Assembly (NCBI GenBank): GCA_963726495.1
Contig: CAVSCP010000009.1
Span: 79,665-143,664, forward strand
DNA: 64,000 bases
Reading direction: 5' to 3'
Origin: an uncultured Acidimicrobiales bacterium
GTDB lineage: Bacteria > Actinomycetota > Acidimicrobiia > Acidimicrobiales > DATKAS01
A model generated the notes under the pieces. That model had not been told where the DNA came from. It saw only the letters and a list, made by a program, of their open reading frames with translations, and made no database searches. How positions within the stretch are numbered: position 1 is the first letter of the stretch; every line of letters begins with the position of its first letter. Positions 19,252 through 28,157 of this stretch are shown in pieces. The translations under genes were made by a program, and so were the position numbers.

Positions 19252-19856
19252 CCAGGGCGCGCAACGACATCCTGCTGACCGACGCCTTCGAGTATGCGGC
19301 TCACCACCATCGCGACCAGACGCGCAAGGGAAGTGACATCCCGTACCTCGCCCACGTCCTCGGCGTCGCATCATTGGTGCTCGAGTACGGCGGCACCGAC
19401 CGCCAGGCCGCCGCCGCGCTGTTGCACGACGTGGCCGAAGACCACGGTGGGGAGGTGCGGCTCGAGGAGATCAAGAAGAAGTTCGGCAAGCGGGTCGAGA
19501 GGATCGTGCGTGAGTGCTCGGACAGCCTCACCGCGGACCCGGCGAAGAAGGAGAGGTGGAGCAAGCGCAAGAAGCGCTACGTGAAGCACCTCCGACACCG
19601 GACGCACGACGACGCGCTCCTCGTGTCGTGCGCGGACAAGCTCTACAACGCAAGAGCGACGTTGGATGACGCACGGGCCATCGGCCCGAAGGTCTGGAAA
19701 CGGTTCCACGGCAGTCCCAAGAAGCAGGCCCGGAATTACCGCGCCCTCTCGACCGTCTACTGCAAGCGCATGCGCAAGGGACCAGGGGCGGCACTCGCAC
19801 GTGAGCTGCGCTCGGTCGTGAACGAGCTCGAGATCGAGGCCGCCAAGGCGCGTTGA
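19248..19856 (+). CDS. HD-domain phosphohydrolase (RelA/SpoT-hydrolase-like)
   Basis: Sequence features are ..AFEYAAHHHRDQTRKGSDIPYLAHVLGVASLV..AAALLHDVAEDHGG.., giving the H..HD..D pattern. Confidence 0.75.
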   Translation: MTRARNDILLTDAFEYAAHHHRDQTRKGSDIPYLAHVLGVASLVLEYGGTDRQAAAALLHDVAEDHGGEVRLEEIKKKFGKRVERIVRECSDSLTADPAKKERWSKRKKRYVKHLRHRTHDDALLVSCADKLYNARATLDDARAIGPKVWKRFHGSPKKQARNYRALSTVYCKRMRKGPGAALARELRSVVNELEIEAAKAR

Positions 19857-20518
19857 TGCGCGTGCTCGGGGTCGACGGCTGCAAGGGCGGTTGGGTAGGT
19901 GTGGTCCTGGAGGACGACGCCGGGCCGGTCGCCCTCGTGGAGCGCTCGATCGATCGCCTAACGGAGGCCGCAGGCGCGGTGGATGCGATCGGCATCGACA
20001 TGCCGATCCACCTCAACGAGAGCTCCGATCGCGTGTGCGACTCGGCCGCGCGGCAGCTCATCCGTCCGTTCACGAGCCGCGTGTTCAACGCCCCCGTCCT
20101 GTGCGTGCTCGACTGCGAGACCTACCTCGACGCGTGCACTGCCTCGTTCGCGGCCTTGGGCAAGAAGATCTCCAAGCAGACGTGGGCTCTGGTGCCCAAG
20201 ATCAGAGAGGTCGAGCAATGGCGTACCTCGGCGGGGTGCGGTGTCTACGAAGTGCATCCTGAAGCGGCCTTCGCGGCGATGGCCGGCCGTGTGGTCGCAG
20301 CGCGCAAGCGAACGTCGGAGGGCGCGCAGGTCCGCCGCGCGCTGCTCAGCGAGCAGAGCCTGACGCCCCCCGAGCGGCCGGCGGGTGTCGGAGTCGACGA
20401 CCTGCTCGACGCGTGCGCAGCGGCATGGTCGACGAGACGTCTGGCACGCGGCGAGGGTCGGTCACTGCCCGATCCCCCGGTGATCGTGCGAGGCGAACCG
20501 CAAGCGATCTGGTACTGA
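19856..20518 (+). CDS. DUF429-like (predicted RNase H-fold) protein
   Basis: Starts MRVLGVDGCKGGWVGVVLED. Sequence features are ..AIGIDMPIHL..EVHPEAAFAAM..DDLLDACAAAW... The ATG overlaps the HD stop (TGATG at 19854..19858). Confidence 0.6.
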   Translation: MRVLGVDGCKGGWVGVVLEDDAGPVALVERSIDRLTEAAGAVDAIGIDMPIHLNESSDRVCDSAARQLIRPFTSRVFNAPVLCVLDCETYLDACTASFAALGKKISKQTWALVPKIREVEQWRTSAGCGVYEVHPEAAFAAMAGRVVAARKRTSEGAQVRRALLSEQSLTPPERPAGVGVDDLLDACAAAWSTRRLARGEGRSLPDPPVIVRGEPQAIWY

Positions 20519-20525
20519 GCCCGTG

Positions 20526-21729
20526 TCAGGCGCGCTCGCTCGCCGCGAGGTCGAGGTATCGGAGGCGGAACGCGTCGATCCAAGTGCACTCGGCCTCGGT
20601 CTGGCACGCGCGCGCAAACGCATCGACGACCAGGTCGAGCGGCCAATCGCAGAAGGTGTCGTCGGGCGCCTCGAGGAACGACCGATACGACGCCACGACG
20701 CCGGCGACGGCCGGATCACCGGGATGCCGCACCAACACCGATCGCCCTCGGCGCCCGTGACTCGCTCTGGGGTGACGACAGAGCGCCTCGACGAGCAGAT
20801 GGTTGCGCCAGAGCTGGTTCCACTCGGAGCTCGCCATCGTGGCCCACGCCTCGCGTCGCCACAACGAACCGTCGCACTCTGTCAGCAGTCGGTAGGTCTG
20901 CTTCTGGTACTCGCCCGGCGAGAACGGCTCGGTCAGCTTCGTCTCGATGCCGAGAAACGCCGGCTCCCCGTCGGGCCGGGTGTACCCGACGAACGCATCG
21001 AATGACGTGCGATCGCCGAGGTACTCGTCAGCGGGAGAGGGGCCGTACTCGATGCGGACCTCGGTCACCTCGCCGACTTCTCCGGGAAGCAGCGCACGCA
21101 TGCACCTCGTCGCCAGGGAGAGGTCACCGACGAGCGGACCGAAGAGGTTGAAGCACATCGGCTGGCTGCTGAGCATGTTGTGCAGGCACCGGAACGGCTC
21201 GACGCCTCCGCCTTGCGCGATGCGCGCACGGGCGACCGAGAAGATCTGTGGCGTGAGGAAGTTCAGCCCTGCCGCGCCCGCGGCTTCATCGAGCATGTTG
21301 CCGTAGTGGGTCTGGCTGGAGGGCAAGGGACCGGTTCCGCACGGAGCTCCGAGCACGTTGGCCCGGTACCAGCTCTGGTGCAGCCGCATGCCGCGCCGTG
21401 AACGGCGAGTCACCGCGGGACTGCGGCCCGATGTCGCTCGCGAGCATCACGGAGCCGACAGGTTCGGCAGCCTGAGCCTGAGACGAGCCGCCCGCCTTGG
21501 CCCAGCGGGCGTTGCCGCCGGCGGTCGACACCAGTTCGACGCCGAGCGCGTGCCGATTGTTCGAGAGCGCCTTGCCGATCGCCGCGTGGTAGTTGAACTC
21601 GGCCAAGAAGCGCTGGTGCGCTCTCGTGACGTCTGGGTGGTTCGAGACGTCTTTGGTCCGAAATTGCTGTCCCAGGGCCTCGATCGCCCTCTGGAGGGCG
21701 CCCAAGCTCACTTCCCGATCCTTCATCAC
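20526..21729 (-). pseudogene. PD-(D/E)xK nuclease-like protein with an unassigned N-terminal domain. It is either one frameshifted gene or two coupled genes (break near 21390-21415).
   Basis: The C-terminal part (ORF 20526..21413) reads ..LHQSWYRANVLG..DAFVGYTRPDGEPAFLGIETKLTE.., a D..ExK motif. The N-terminal part (ORF 21286..21729) reads MMKDREVSLGALQRAIEALGQQFRTKDVSNHPDVTRAHQRFLAEFNYHAAIGKAL... Third-position GC switches frame at about 21390. A GTGA start/stop overlap exists at 21410..21413 in a third frame. Confidence 0.5.
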
Positions 21730-21809
21730 CCCCTCTACCGGGCTGCTGTGACAGAGCTCCGAATCGTCCCACTTGTCATCCGCCCGCCGATGCGCGACGA
21801 AAATTGGGC

Positions 21810-22598
21810 ATGCCGTTCAACATCGACACCTACAAGCGCCGGTCAGCGCCGGTCGCACTCGACGGCGTCGACTTCAGCGAGTTCGCACGCCACCCGCTCG
21901 ACGCCGCAACGCTGCGCTGCATCAGCTACATGCACGACATCGAGCACCACACCATCTGCTACCTCCGCGACCTGCTGGTCACACCCGCGCACCGCGATCA
22001 CGAGATGACGACGTTCCTCACGATGTGGGCGCTCGAGGAGTACTGGCACGGCGAGGCACTGGGTTCGGTGCTCGCCGCCCATGGTGAGGCCAGTGGAGGT
22101 GACCGCGTCGGTCCGATGCGAATGCGCCTGCGCGTGAAGGAGAGCTTGTCTCCGCTCTTCTTCGGCCTCGGCTCCGCGATCGCCGGCCGCTCGTTCGCCG
22201 CGATCCACATGACGTGGGGTGCCATCAACGAGTGGACCGCGCAGGCGGCGTATGGGCGGCTCGCGCAGCAGGCCGACCATCCGACGCTCTCGCTCCTCTT
22301 GAAGCGCATCCAGCGTCAGGAGGGCGGGCACATCGACTTCTACGCATCGCAGGCGACCAAGCGCCTCGACGGCGACAGCATGGTGCAGCGCGCGACTCGG
22401 TTCGCCCTTCGCCGCTTCTGGACCCCGGTCGGGTCCGACGTCATGCCCGACGAAGAGGTGTGGTTCGTCAACAACCACCTGTTCGGCGGCGAGGACGGTC
22501 GGGCCGCGGTCGAGCGCATCGACCGTCACATCGATCGACTGCCTGGCCTTGCCGGCCTGCATCTCGCCACGCGAGCGAGCGAGAAGCTGGCTGCTTAG
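21810..22598 (+). CDS. Ferritin-like di-iron carboxylate protein (desaturase/oxygenase-like)
   Basis: Starts MPFNIDTYKRR. Two ExxH motifs are present (WALEEYWHGE and RQEGGHIDFY), plus ..YMHDIEHHT... Confidence 0.6.
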   Translation: MPFNIDTYKRRSAPVALDGVDFSEFARHPLDAATLRCISYMHDIEHHTICYLRDLLVTPAHRDHEMTTFLTMWALEEYWHGEALGSVLAAHGEASGGDRVGPMRMRLRVKESLSPLFFGLGSAIAGRSFAAIHMTWGAINEWTAQAAYGRLAQQADHPTLSLLLKRIQRQEGGHIDFYASQATKRLDGDSMVQRATRFALRRFWTPVGSDVMPDEEVWFVNNHLFGGEDGRAAVERIDRHIDRLPGLAGLHLATRASEKLAA

Positions 22599-23002
22599 CC
22601 CCCGGGCATGGACGGGGCGCCACACCGCACGCACCGCCGGGCCGGGTCGTCGGCGTCGACGATGCAACCCGCCAGCTCGACGACGCCAAGGTCCGCGAGC
22701 TCGCCCAGCGCGGGCACCGGCATGCCGTAGATGATCGGGATCGTGCGGCCGCCGCACGCGGGGCAGCGGGGCCGCGGCGAGCCCCAGGTGTCATCGAGCG
22801 CGACCAGCTTCGCGACACCGTGCTCGTGGAACGCGTGGTGCACGGCCTCGTCGATCGCGTCGGACCCCAGGCCGGCCGCGGTGAGCAGATCCCGCAGCTC
22901 GAGCTCGTTCATCACGAGGTGACTCGGTTCGCTCGGCTCGAGGCCGTCGGCGGCGGCGAGCAGCCGGGTCGCCATGTTGATCGACTCCAGATACTCGTCC
23001 AT
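22595..23002 (-). CDS. Hypothetical protein with a C-terminal zinc-ribbon
   Basis: Starts MDEYLESINM. The C-terminus has CPACGG..(37 aa)..CVRCG. Third-position GC is very high. The stop overlaps the convergent ferritin-like stop. Confidence 0.55.
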   Translation of the reverse strand: MDEYLESINMATRLLAAADGLEPSEPSHLVMNELELRDLLTAAGLGSDAIDEAVHHAFHEHGVAKLVALDDTWGSPRPRCPACGGRTIPIIYGMPVPALGELADLGVVELAGCIVDADDPARRCVRCGAPSMPGG

Positions 23003-23010
23003 GTCTGTCC

Positions 23011-23486
23011 TTAGGCCGCGGTGTGACTGACCACTTCGTGTAGGTCGGCGGCCACGTCGACTGTTCGTCGTAGGTCGCGAGCAGCGCGCGCTCGATCCGG
23101 AACTCGAACAGCGCTTCTTCAGAAGGCGTCTGGTCCGTCGCGCCGTACGCGGCACGCACCGACGCGATCGTCGCCTCGTCGTCGCACAACGCGGCGCGGC
23201 CGTCGACGGCGAACTCGTCGTCGTTGCGGCCGTTCGGAAAGGCATGGATCGCGTAGCGCCCGTCTCGCCGCAGATCCCCGGCCTTCGGCGACCCGCGGTT
23301 GATGAACCCCCACAGCCCACCGACGGCGAGGATCGGGCAGAACGGATGCAGGCGCGGCCCGCCGTCGGGTCTGACCGTCGCCACGTATCCGAGCCCGAGG
23401 CCGTGGTGGTACAGGAGCGCCCGGCCCGCGGCGGCCATCTCGGGCATCGCTTCCTCGAACTCGCGCCATGACACATCTGGTCCCAT
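23011..23486 (-). CDS. PPOX-family (pyridoxamine 5'-phosphate oxidase-like) protein, 3' end uncertain
   Basis: Starts MGPDVSWREFEEAMPEMAAAGRALLYHHGLGLGYVATVRPDGGPRLHPF, with ..GRYAIHAFP... As sequenced, the frame reads through to 22791 across the next gene. A TAA at 23011..23013 in a neighbouring frame is the likely true stop. Confidence 0.6.
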
Positions 23487-23532
23487 CCCCACCCCTAGAA
23501 CACTGCTGTGACCGGGGTGCGATGCTCGCGCC

Positions 23533-24822
23533 GTGGCCTCCATCAAGGAAGACTCCGAGCGGCTGTGGCAGGGACAGGGCGACCTCGTCTTCGCCGATCA
23601 CCCGGTCGCGGCGACGCACCGAGAGGGTGAGGAGATCGCCGAGGGCGTGCTCTGCCTCAAGTCGATCGCGAGCGTGAACGCGCTCGACACCGGCGACGGG
23701 CTCGTCATGCTCGACACCGGTGGCGAGTTCGACATCAACACCGTGCACCGTGAGATCAGAGGCTGGCGTCCCGACGCACCCGTGCGCGCCGCGGTCTACT
23801 CCCACCACCACGTGGACCATGTGTTCGGCACGAAGCGCTTCGAGGAGGAAGCGACCGAGAAGGGCTGGCCGCAGCCCGTCGTGTATGCGCACGAAGACCT
23901 GCCGAGCCACTTCGATCGCTACACGCACACGCTCGGTTGGAACACCGCCATCAACAAGCGGCAGTTCGGCCTGCCGGTCGACGGCTTCCAGTGGCCCGAG
24001 CACTACCGGTATCCCGACGTCACCTACAAGGACCGGTTGACGTTCACTCGGGGTGACCTCACCTTCCACCTGCGTCACGGACGCGGCGAGACCGACGACG
24101 CGACGTGGACATGGGTGCCCGAGCGCAAGATCGTCCACCCCGGAGACCTGTTCATCTGGGCGGTGCCGAACGCCGGCAACCCGCAGAAGGTGCAGCGCTA
24201 CGCCTCGGACTGGGCCGCGTCGCTCAGGCAGATGGCCGGGCTCGGCCCCGAGCTGCTGCTCGCCGGGCACGGCCTCCCGATCTTCGGCGCCGATCGCGTG
24301 CGAGCCGCGCTCACCGACACCGCGGAGCTGCTCGAGTCACTCGAGGCGCAGACGCTCACGTTGATGAACACGGGATGCACGCTCGACCGAGTGATCCACG
24401 AGGTCGAGGTGCCCGCCCACCTCCGCGACAAGCCCTACCTGCGTCCGGTCTACGACCACCCCCAGTTCATCGTGCGCAACGTGTGGCGTCGCTACGGCGG
24501 CTGGTACGACGGCGAGCCCGACAACTTGCTGCCCGCGCCGCGCGCCGATCAGGCGCGGGAGTGGGTCGCGCTCGCGGGTGGCGTCGAGAAGGTCCTCGCC
24601 CGCGCTCGTGAGCTCGCCGAGGAAGGCGACCTGCGCCTCGCTTGCCATCTCGTCGAGCACGCGGTGATCGTCGCGCCCGATGCGAACGAGGTGCACGAGA
24701 CTCGAGCCCACATCTACGAGACACGAGCGATGCAGCAAGAGTCGTCGATGGCGCGCAACCTCATGCGTCATGCGGCCGAAGCGAGCAAGCGGGGCAAGCG
24801 AGACCTGGCAGGTGACTGGTGA
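23533..24822 (+). CDS. MBL-fold metallo-hydrolase, alkyl/aryl-sulfatase-like
   Basis: Intact 429-aa ORF with the HxHxDH motif (YSHHHVDHVFG). A sulfatase-dimerisation-like helical C-terminus follows (..FIVRNVWRRYGGWYDG..). I saw no SCP2-like tail. Confidence 0.7.
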   Translation: MASIKEDSERLWQGQGDLVFADHPVAATHREGEEIAEGVLCLKSIASVNALDTGDGLVMLDTGGEFDINTVHREIRGWRPDAPVRAAVYSHHHVDHVFGTKRFEEEATEKGWPQPVVYAHEDLPSHFDRYTHTLGWNTAINKRQFGLPVDGFQWPEHYRYPDVTYKDRLTFTRGDLTFHLRHGRGETDDATWTWVPERKIVHPGDLFIWAVPNAGNPQKVQRYASDWAASLRQMAGLGPELLLAGHGLPIFGADRVRAALTDTAELLESLEAQTLTLMNTGCTLDRVIHEVEVPAHLRDKPYLRPVYDHPQFIVRNVWRRYGGWYDGEPDNLLPAPRADQAREWVALAGGVEKVLARARELAEEGDLRLACHLVEHAVIVAPDANEVHETRAHIYETRAMQQESSMARNLMRHAAEASKRGKRDLAGDW

Positions 24823-25637
24823 GCGATCTGATCCACCTCGACATCGACGAAGGCGTCGCAGTCGCGACGATCGATGCCCCGCCGATGAACGTGATGACGA
24901 TCCCGCTGTACCTCGAGCTCGCGCAGCTCGCGGCAGAGATCGAAGCGAATGACGTCGTCAAGGTGCTCGTGCTGCGCAGTGCCGACCCCGACTTCTTCAT
25001 CGCGCACTTCGACGTCGAGGCGATCTTGCAGTTCCCGACGGATGGCGAGCCTCGACGCGAGGTCACCCCGAACCCGTTCCACCAGATGTGCGAGCGGATG
25101 CGCACCATGCCGAAGGCGACGATCGCCGAGATCAACGGTCGCGTCGGCGGAGGCGGCAGCGAGCTCGCGTCCTCGTGCGACATGCGGTTCGGCGCGATCG
25201 GGCGCACGATCGTCAACCAGATGGAGGTGCCGCTCGGGATCATCCCCGGTGGCACCGGCACGCAGCGACTGCCGCGCCTCGTCGGACGTGGCCGCGCGAT
25301 GGAGATCATCCTCGGCGGCGTCGACATCGACGCCGTGACCGCCGAGCGCTGGGGCTACCTGAACCGCGCGCTGCCGCCGGAGGAGCTCCGGCCATTCGTC
25401 GACTCGCTCGCGCACCGCATCGCACGGTTCCCCGCGACGGCGATCGCGATGGCGAAGCAATCGATCGTCAACGCGGAGCAGCTGCCGCTCGCGGACGGGC
25501 TCGCGGAGGAGGCACTGCTCTTCCAGCGCACGCTGCGCGATCCCGAGGCGCAGGCCGCGATGCGGCGCTTCCTCGAGCTCGGTGGTCAGACGCGAGAGCC
25601 CGAGCTGCGCATGGGTGACCTCGTCACCGAGATCTGA
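24819..25637 (+). CDS. Enoyl-CoA hydratase/isomerase (crotonase) family protein
   Basis: The GTG at 24819 overlaps the upstream stop (GTGA). Sequence features are ..VLRSADPDFFIAHFD..INGRVGGGGSELASSCDMRF... Confidence 0.8.
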   Translation: MSDLIHLDIDEGVAVATIDAPPMNVMTIPLYLELAQLAAEIEANDVVKVLVLRSADPDFFIAHFDVEAILQFPTDGEPRREVTPNPFHQMCERMRTMPKATIAEINGRVGGGGSELASSCDMRFGAIGRTIVNQMEVPLGIIPGGTGTQRLPRLVGRGRAMEIILGGVDIDAVTAERWGYLNRALPPEELRPFVDSLAHRIARFPATAIAMAKQSIVNAEQLPLADGLAEEALLFQRTLRDPEAQAAMRRFLELGGQTREPELRMGDLVTEI

Positions 25638-25648
25638 GTGACCGAGAG

Positions 25649-27058
25649 CTAGAGGCCGTACTCCTCGAGCAGGCGCAGCCACACCTCGCTCACCGTCGGG
25701 AACGACGGCACCGCGTGCCACAGCCGCTTGATCGGCACTTCGCCGACGATCGCGACTCGTCGCCGAGTGCAGCAGCTCCTGCATCGCCGGGCCCGTGAAC
25801 GTCGCGCCGACGATGACTCCGCGGTCCTCGTCGATCGACGAGGAACGACGTGCCCTTGATCCCGTTGCCGGAGGTGTACGCGCCCGGCACGTCGCCGACG
25901 CCGTAGGTCACCGTGCGGACGTTGAGGCCCTTCTCGCGTGCCTGCGCCTCGGTGAGCCCGACCGCGCACACCTGCGGATCGGTGAACGTCACCCGCGGCA
26001 CCATGTCGTGGTCGGCGACGTCGACCACGTCCTTGCCGAGGATGACGTCGCCGGCGATGCGCCCGCTGGTACTTCCCCATGTGGGTGAGCAGCGCCAGAC
26101 CGTTGCAGTCACCGACCGCATAGAGCCACTCGCCCGGCACGCCCACCGCGCGGATCCGGTCGTCGACTTCGATGTACTTGCCCGGCGGGAAGGCCGACGA
26201 CCTCGAGCCCGAGATCGTCGGTCTACGGCCGGCGTCCGACGCGACGAGGAGCTCGTCACCCTCGACCTCGGTGCCGTCGTCGATCGACAGCACGATGGGT
26301 CCGTCGGTGCCCTCGCGGCGCACCGCGGTGGCGTGCACGCCCTGCATGCACGACGATTCCCTCCTCGGCGAACGCGGCGCACACCTCGTCGCCCGCGAAC
26401 GGCTCCTCGCGAGCGAGCAGCCGTGGGCCCACCCTCGACGACGATGACCTCTTCGCAGCCCAGGCGCTTGAAGGCCTGGGCCATCTCGGCGCCGATCGTG
26501 CCGCCACCGAGCACGAGCAGCCGGCGGGGCAGCTCCTTGGCCGACGTGATGCCCCGGTTGTCCCACGGGTTCACCTCCGCGAGACCAGGGATCGGCGGCA
26601 TGACCGAACGCCGTGCCGGTGGCGAGGACCACGGCCTTCGTCGCCTCGAGCCGTGCATCGGTGCCGTCGGGCGCCGCTCACCTCCACTTTGCGCTCGCCG
26701 GTGAGGCGGCCGTGGCCCCGGAGGAACGAGACGTGCTCGTCTGCGAGCCACCGCAGGTCGCCGTCGTCGGTCCAGTTGTTCGTCATGTAGTCGCGCTGCG
26801 CGAAACGCGGCGGCGACGTCGATCTCTGCCGGTGATCGCCTCGGCGGCACCCGGCACGCGACGAGCCGCGGCGAGCATGTCGCCCGGTCGGATGAGCGTC
26901 TTCGACGGGATGCAGCCCCAGTACGAGCACTCACCGCCGGCGAGCTCCTTCTCGATCAGGACGACCTTCAGACCGCCGTTCGCACACCGCGCCGCGAGCG
27001 ACTCTCCCGGGGGTCCCCCGCCGATCACGATCACGTCGTAGGTCTGCACGTCGGTCAT
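25649..27058 (-). pseudogene. Pyridine nucleotide-disulfide oxidoreductase (dihydrolipoyl dehydrogenase/mycothione reductase-like), at least 6 frame breaks
   Basis: N-terminus MTDVQTYDVIVIGGGPPGESLA..GGECSYWGCIPSK (redox CxxxxC). The NAD site is LLVLGGGTIGAEMAQAF. Pieces such as ..WLYAVGDCNGLALLTHMG.. are scattered over three frames. The C-terminus is ..WHAVPSFPTVSEVWLRLLEEYGL*. Confidence 0.75.
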
Positions 27059-27108
27059 GAGTGCTCCGTCTCCCAGTGCGGGTCCGCGTTACGCGTAGCG
27101 TCGCGCGC

Positions 27109-27741
27109 ATGAAGTCGAGCATGCGGAAGGTGGCCACCGCTGCGGGCATCCTCGGACCAGCAGCCTTCACCGTGGCGTTCACCTCGAGCGAGCGCCGCCA
27201 GGAGGGCTACTCGATCCGAGATGAGCACATCAGCGGCCTCGCGGCGCCCGATGCACGCAACCCAGAAGTGCTGCTCACCGGCTTCCTCGTGATGGGGGGA
27301 TCGACGATCCTGTTCGCGACCGCGCTGCGCGACCGCCTGGGCGGCCGGCGAGGCGGGCTCGGCCCGATCTTGCTCGCACTGTCGGGCGCCGGCGCGATCG
27401 GAGCCGGGTTGCTCCGACGCGACCGCATGCTGCTGCACCCTCCCGACCAGCCCGACGACTACCGGCAATCATGGAAGAACGATGGTCACGACATCTCGGC
27501 CGGCGTGATCTACACGACCTCGGTCGCGGCGCCGCTGTTCCTCTTCCGTCATCTCCGCCGCGACCCCCGCCTCGCTCCACTGGCACCGCTCGGCCTTGCG
27601 GCATCGGCCACGAGCCTGAGCCTGATGGCGTACTTCTCGACCCAAGTCGATCGGCAGGGCAACGGCGTCGTCCAACGCGTGATGGTGAGCCTGCCGATGG
27701 CGTTCATGAGCGCCCTCGCGTGGCGGATGCTCGGCGACTGA
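27109..27741 (+). CDS. DUF998-like integral membrane protein
   Basis: Starts MKSSMRKVATAAGILGPAAF, with ..GYSIRDEHISGLAA... Several hydrophobic segments are present. The stop overlaps the next ATG (TGATG). Confidence 0.55.
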   Translation: MKSSMRKVATAAGILGPAAFTVAFTSSERRQEGYSIRDEHISGLAAPDARNPEVLLTGFLVMGGSTILFATALRDRLGGRRGGLGPILLALSGAGAIGAGLLRRDRMLLHPPDQPDDYRQSWKNDGHDISAGVIYTTSVAAPLFLFRHLRRDPRLAPLAPLGLAASATSLSLMAYFSTQVDRQGNGVVQRVMVSLPMAFMSALAWRMLGD

Positions 27742-28157
27742 TGGCTGCCACGCTCCCGCCCGCACTTCCTCCCGACGCGCCTCCCGCGCTCGTCGAGTTC
27801 GTCGAAGGCAAGCGCGACGAGGTGACGCTGAAGTCGGGGAGGCTCTCGTGGCTGCCGTCTCCGAGCGCGGTGCGTCTCGTCATGCGGCCGCCCGACACGA
27901 CGTTCGCGCTCGATCGGCCGGGATACGTCCGCATCCGCGTGAAGTGGGGTCCTGCGTCGGCTCGGCTCGTCGCCCACGTCGACAGCGACGGCGAGCTCGA
28001 GATGGACAGCTCGGGAGTGCCGAGCTTCCTCGGGTTGCGAGGCCCGATCGACGACTGGGTCGCGAACCTGAACGCCCACCTGCGCGCCACCGGGCGCCGG
28101 CTCGAGCCTGCCGAGGCGCAGGGAGACAAGCTCATCCTGCGCACTCGCCCTCGATGA
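27741..28157 (+). CDS. Hypothetical protein (138 aa)
   Basis: The ATG at 27741 is in frame with ORF 27471..28157. I recognised no motif. It is translationally coupled on both sides (TGATG at 27739..27743 and ATGA at 28154..28157). Confidence 0.5.
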   Translation: MAATLPPALPPDAPPALVEFVEGKRDEVTLKSGRLSWLPSPSAVRLVMRPPDTTFALDRPGYVRIRVKWGPASARLVAHVDSDGELEMDSSGVPSFLGLRGPIDDWVANLNAHLRATGRRLEPAEAQGDKLILRTRPR

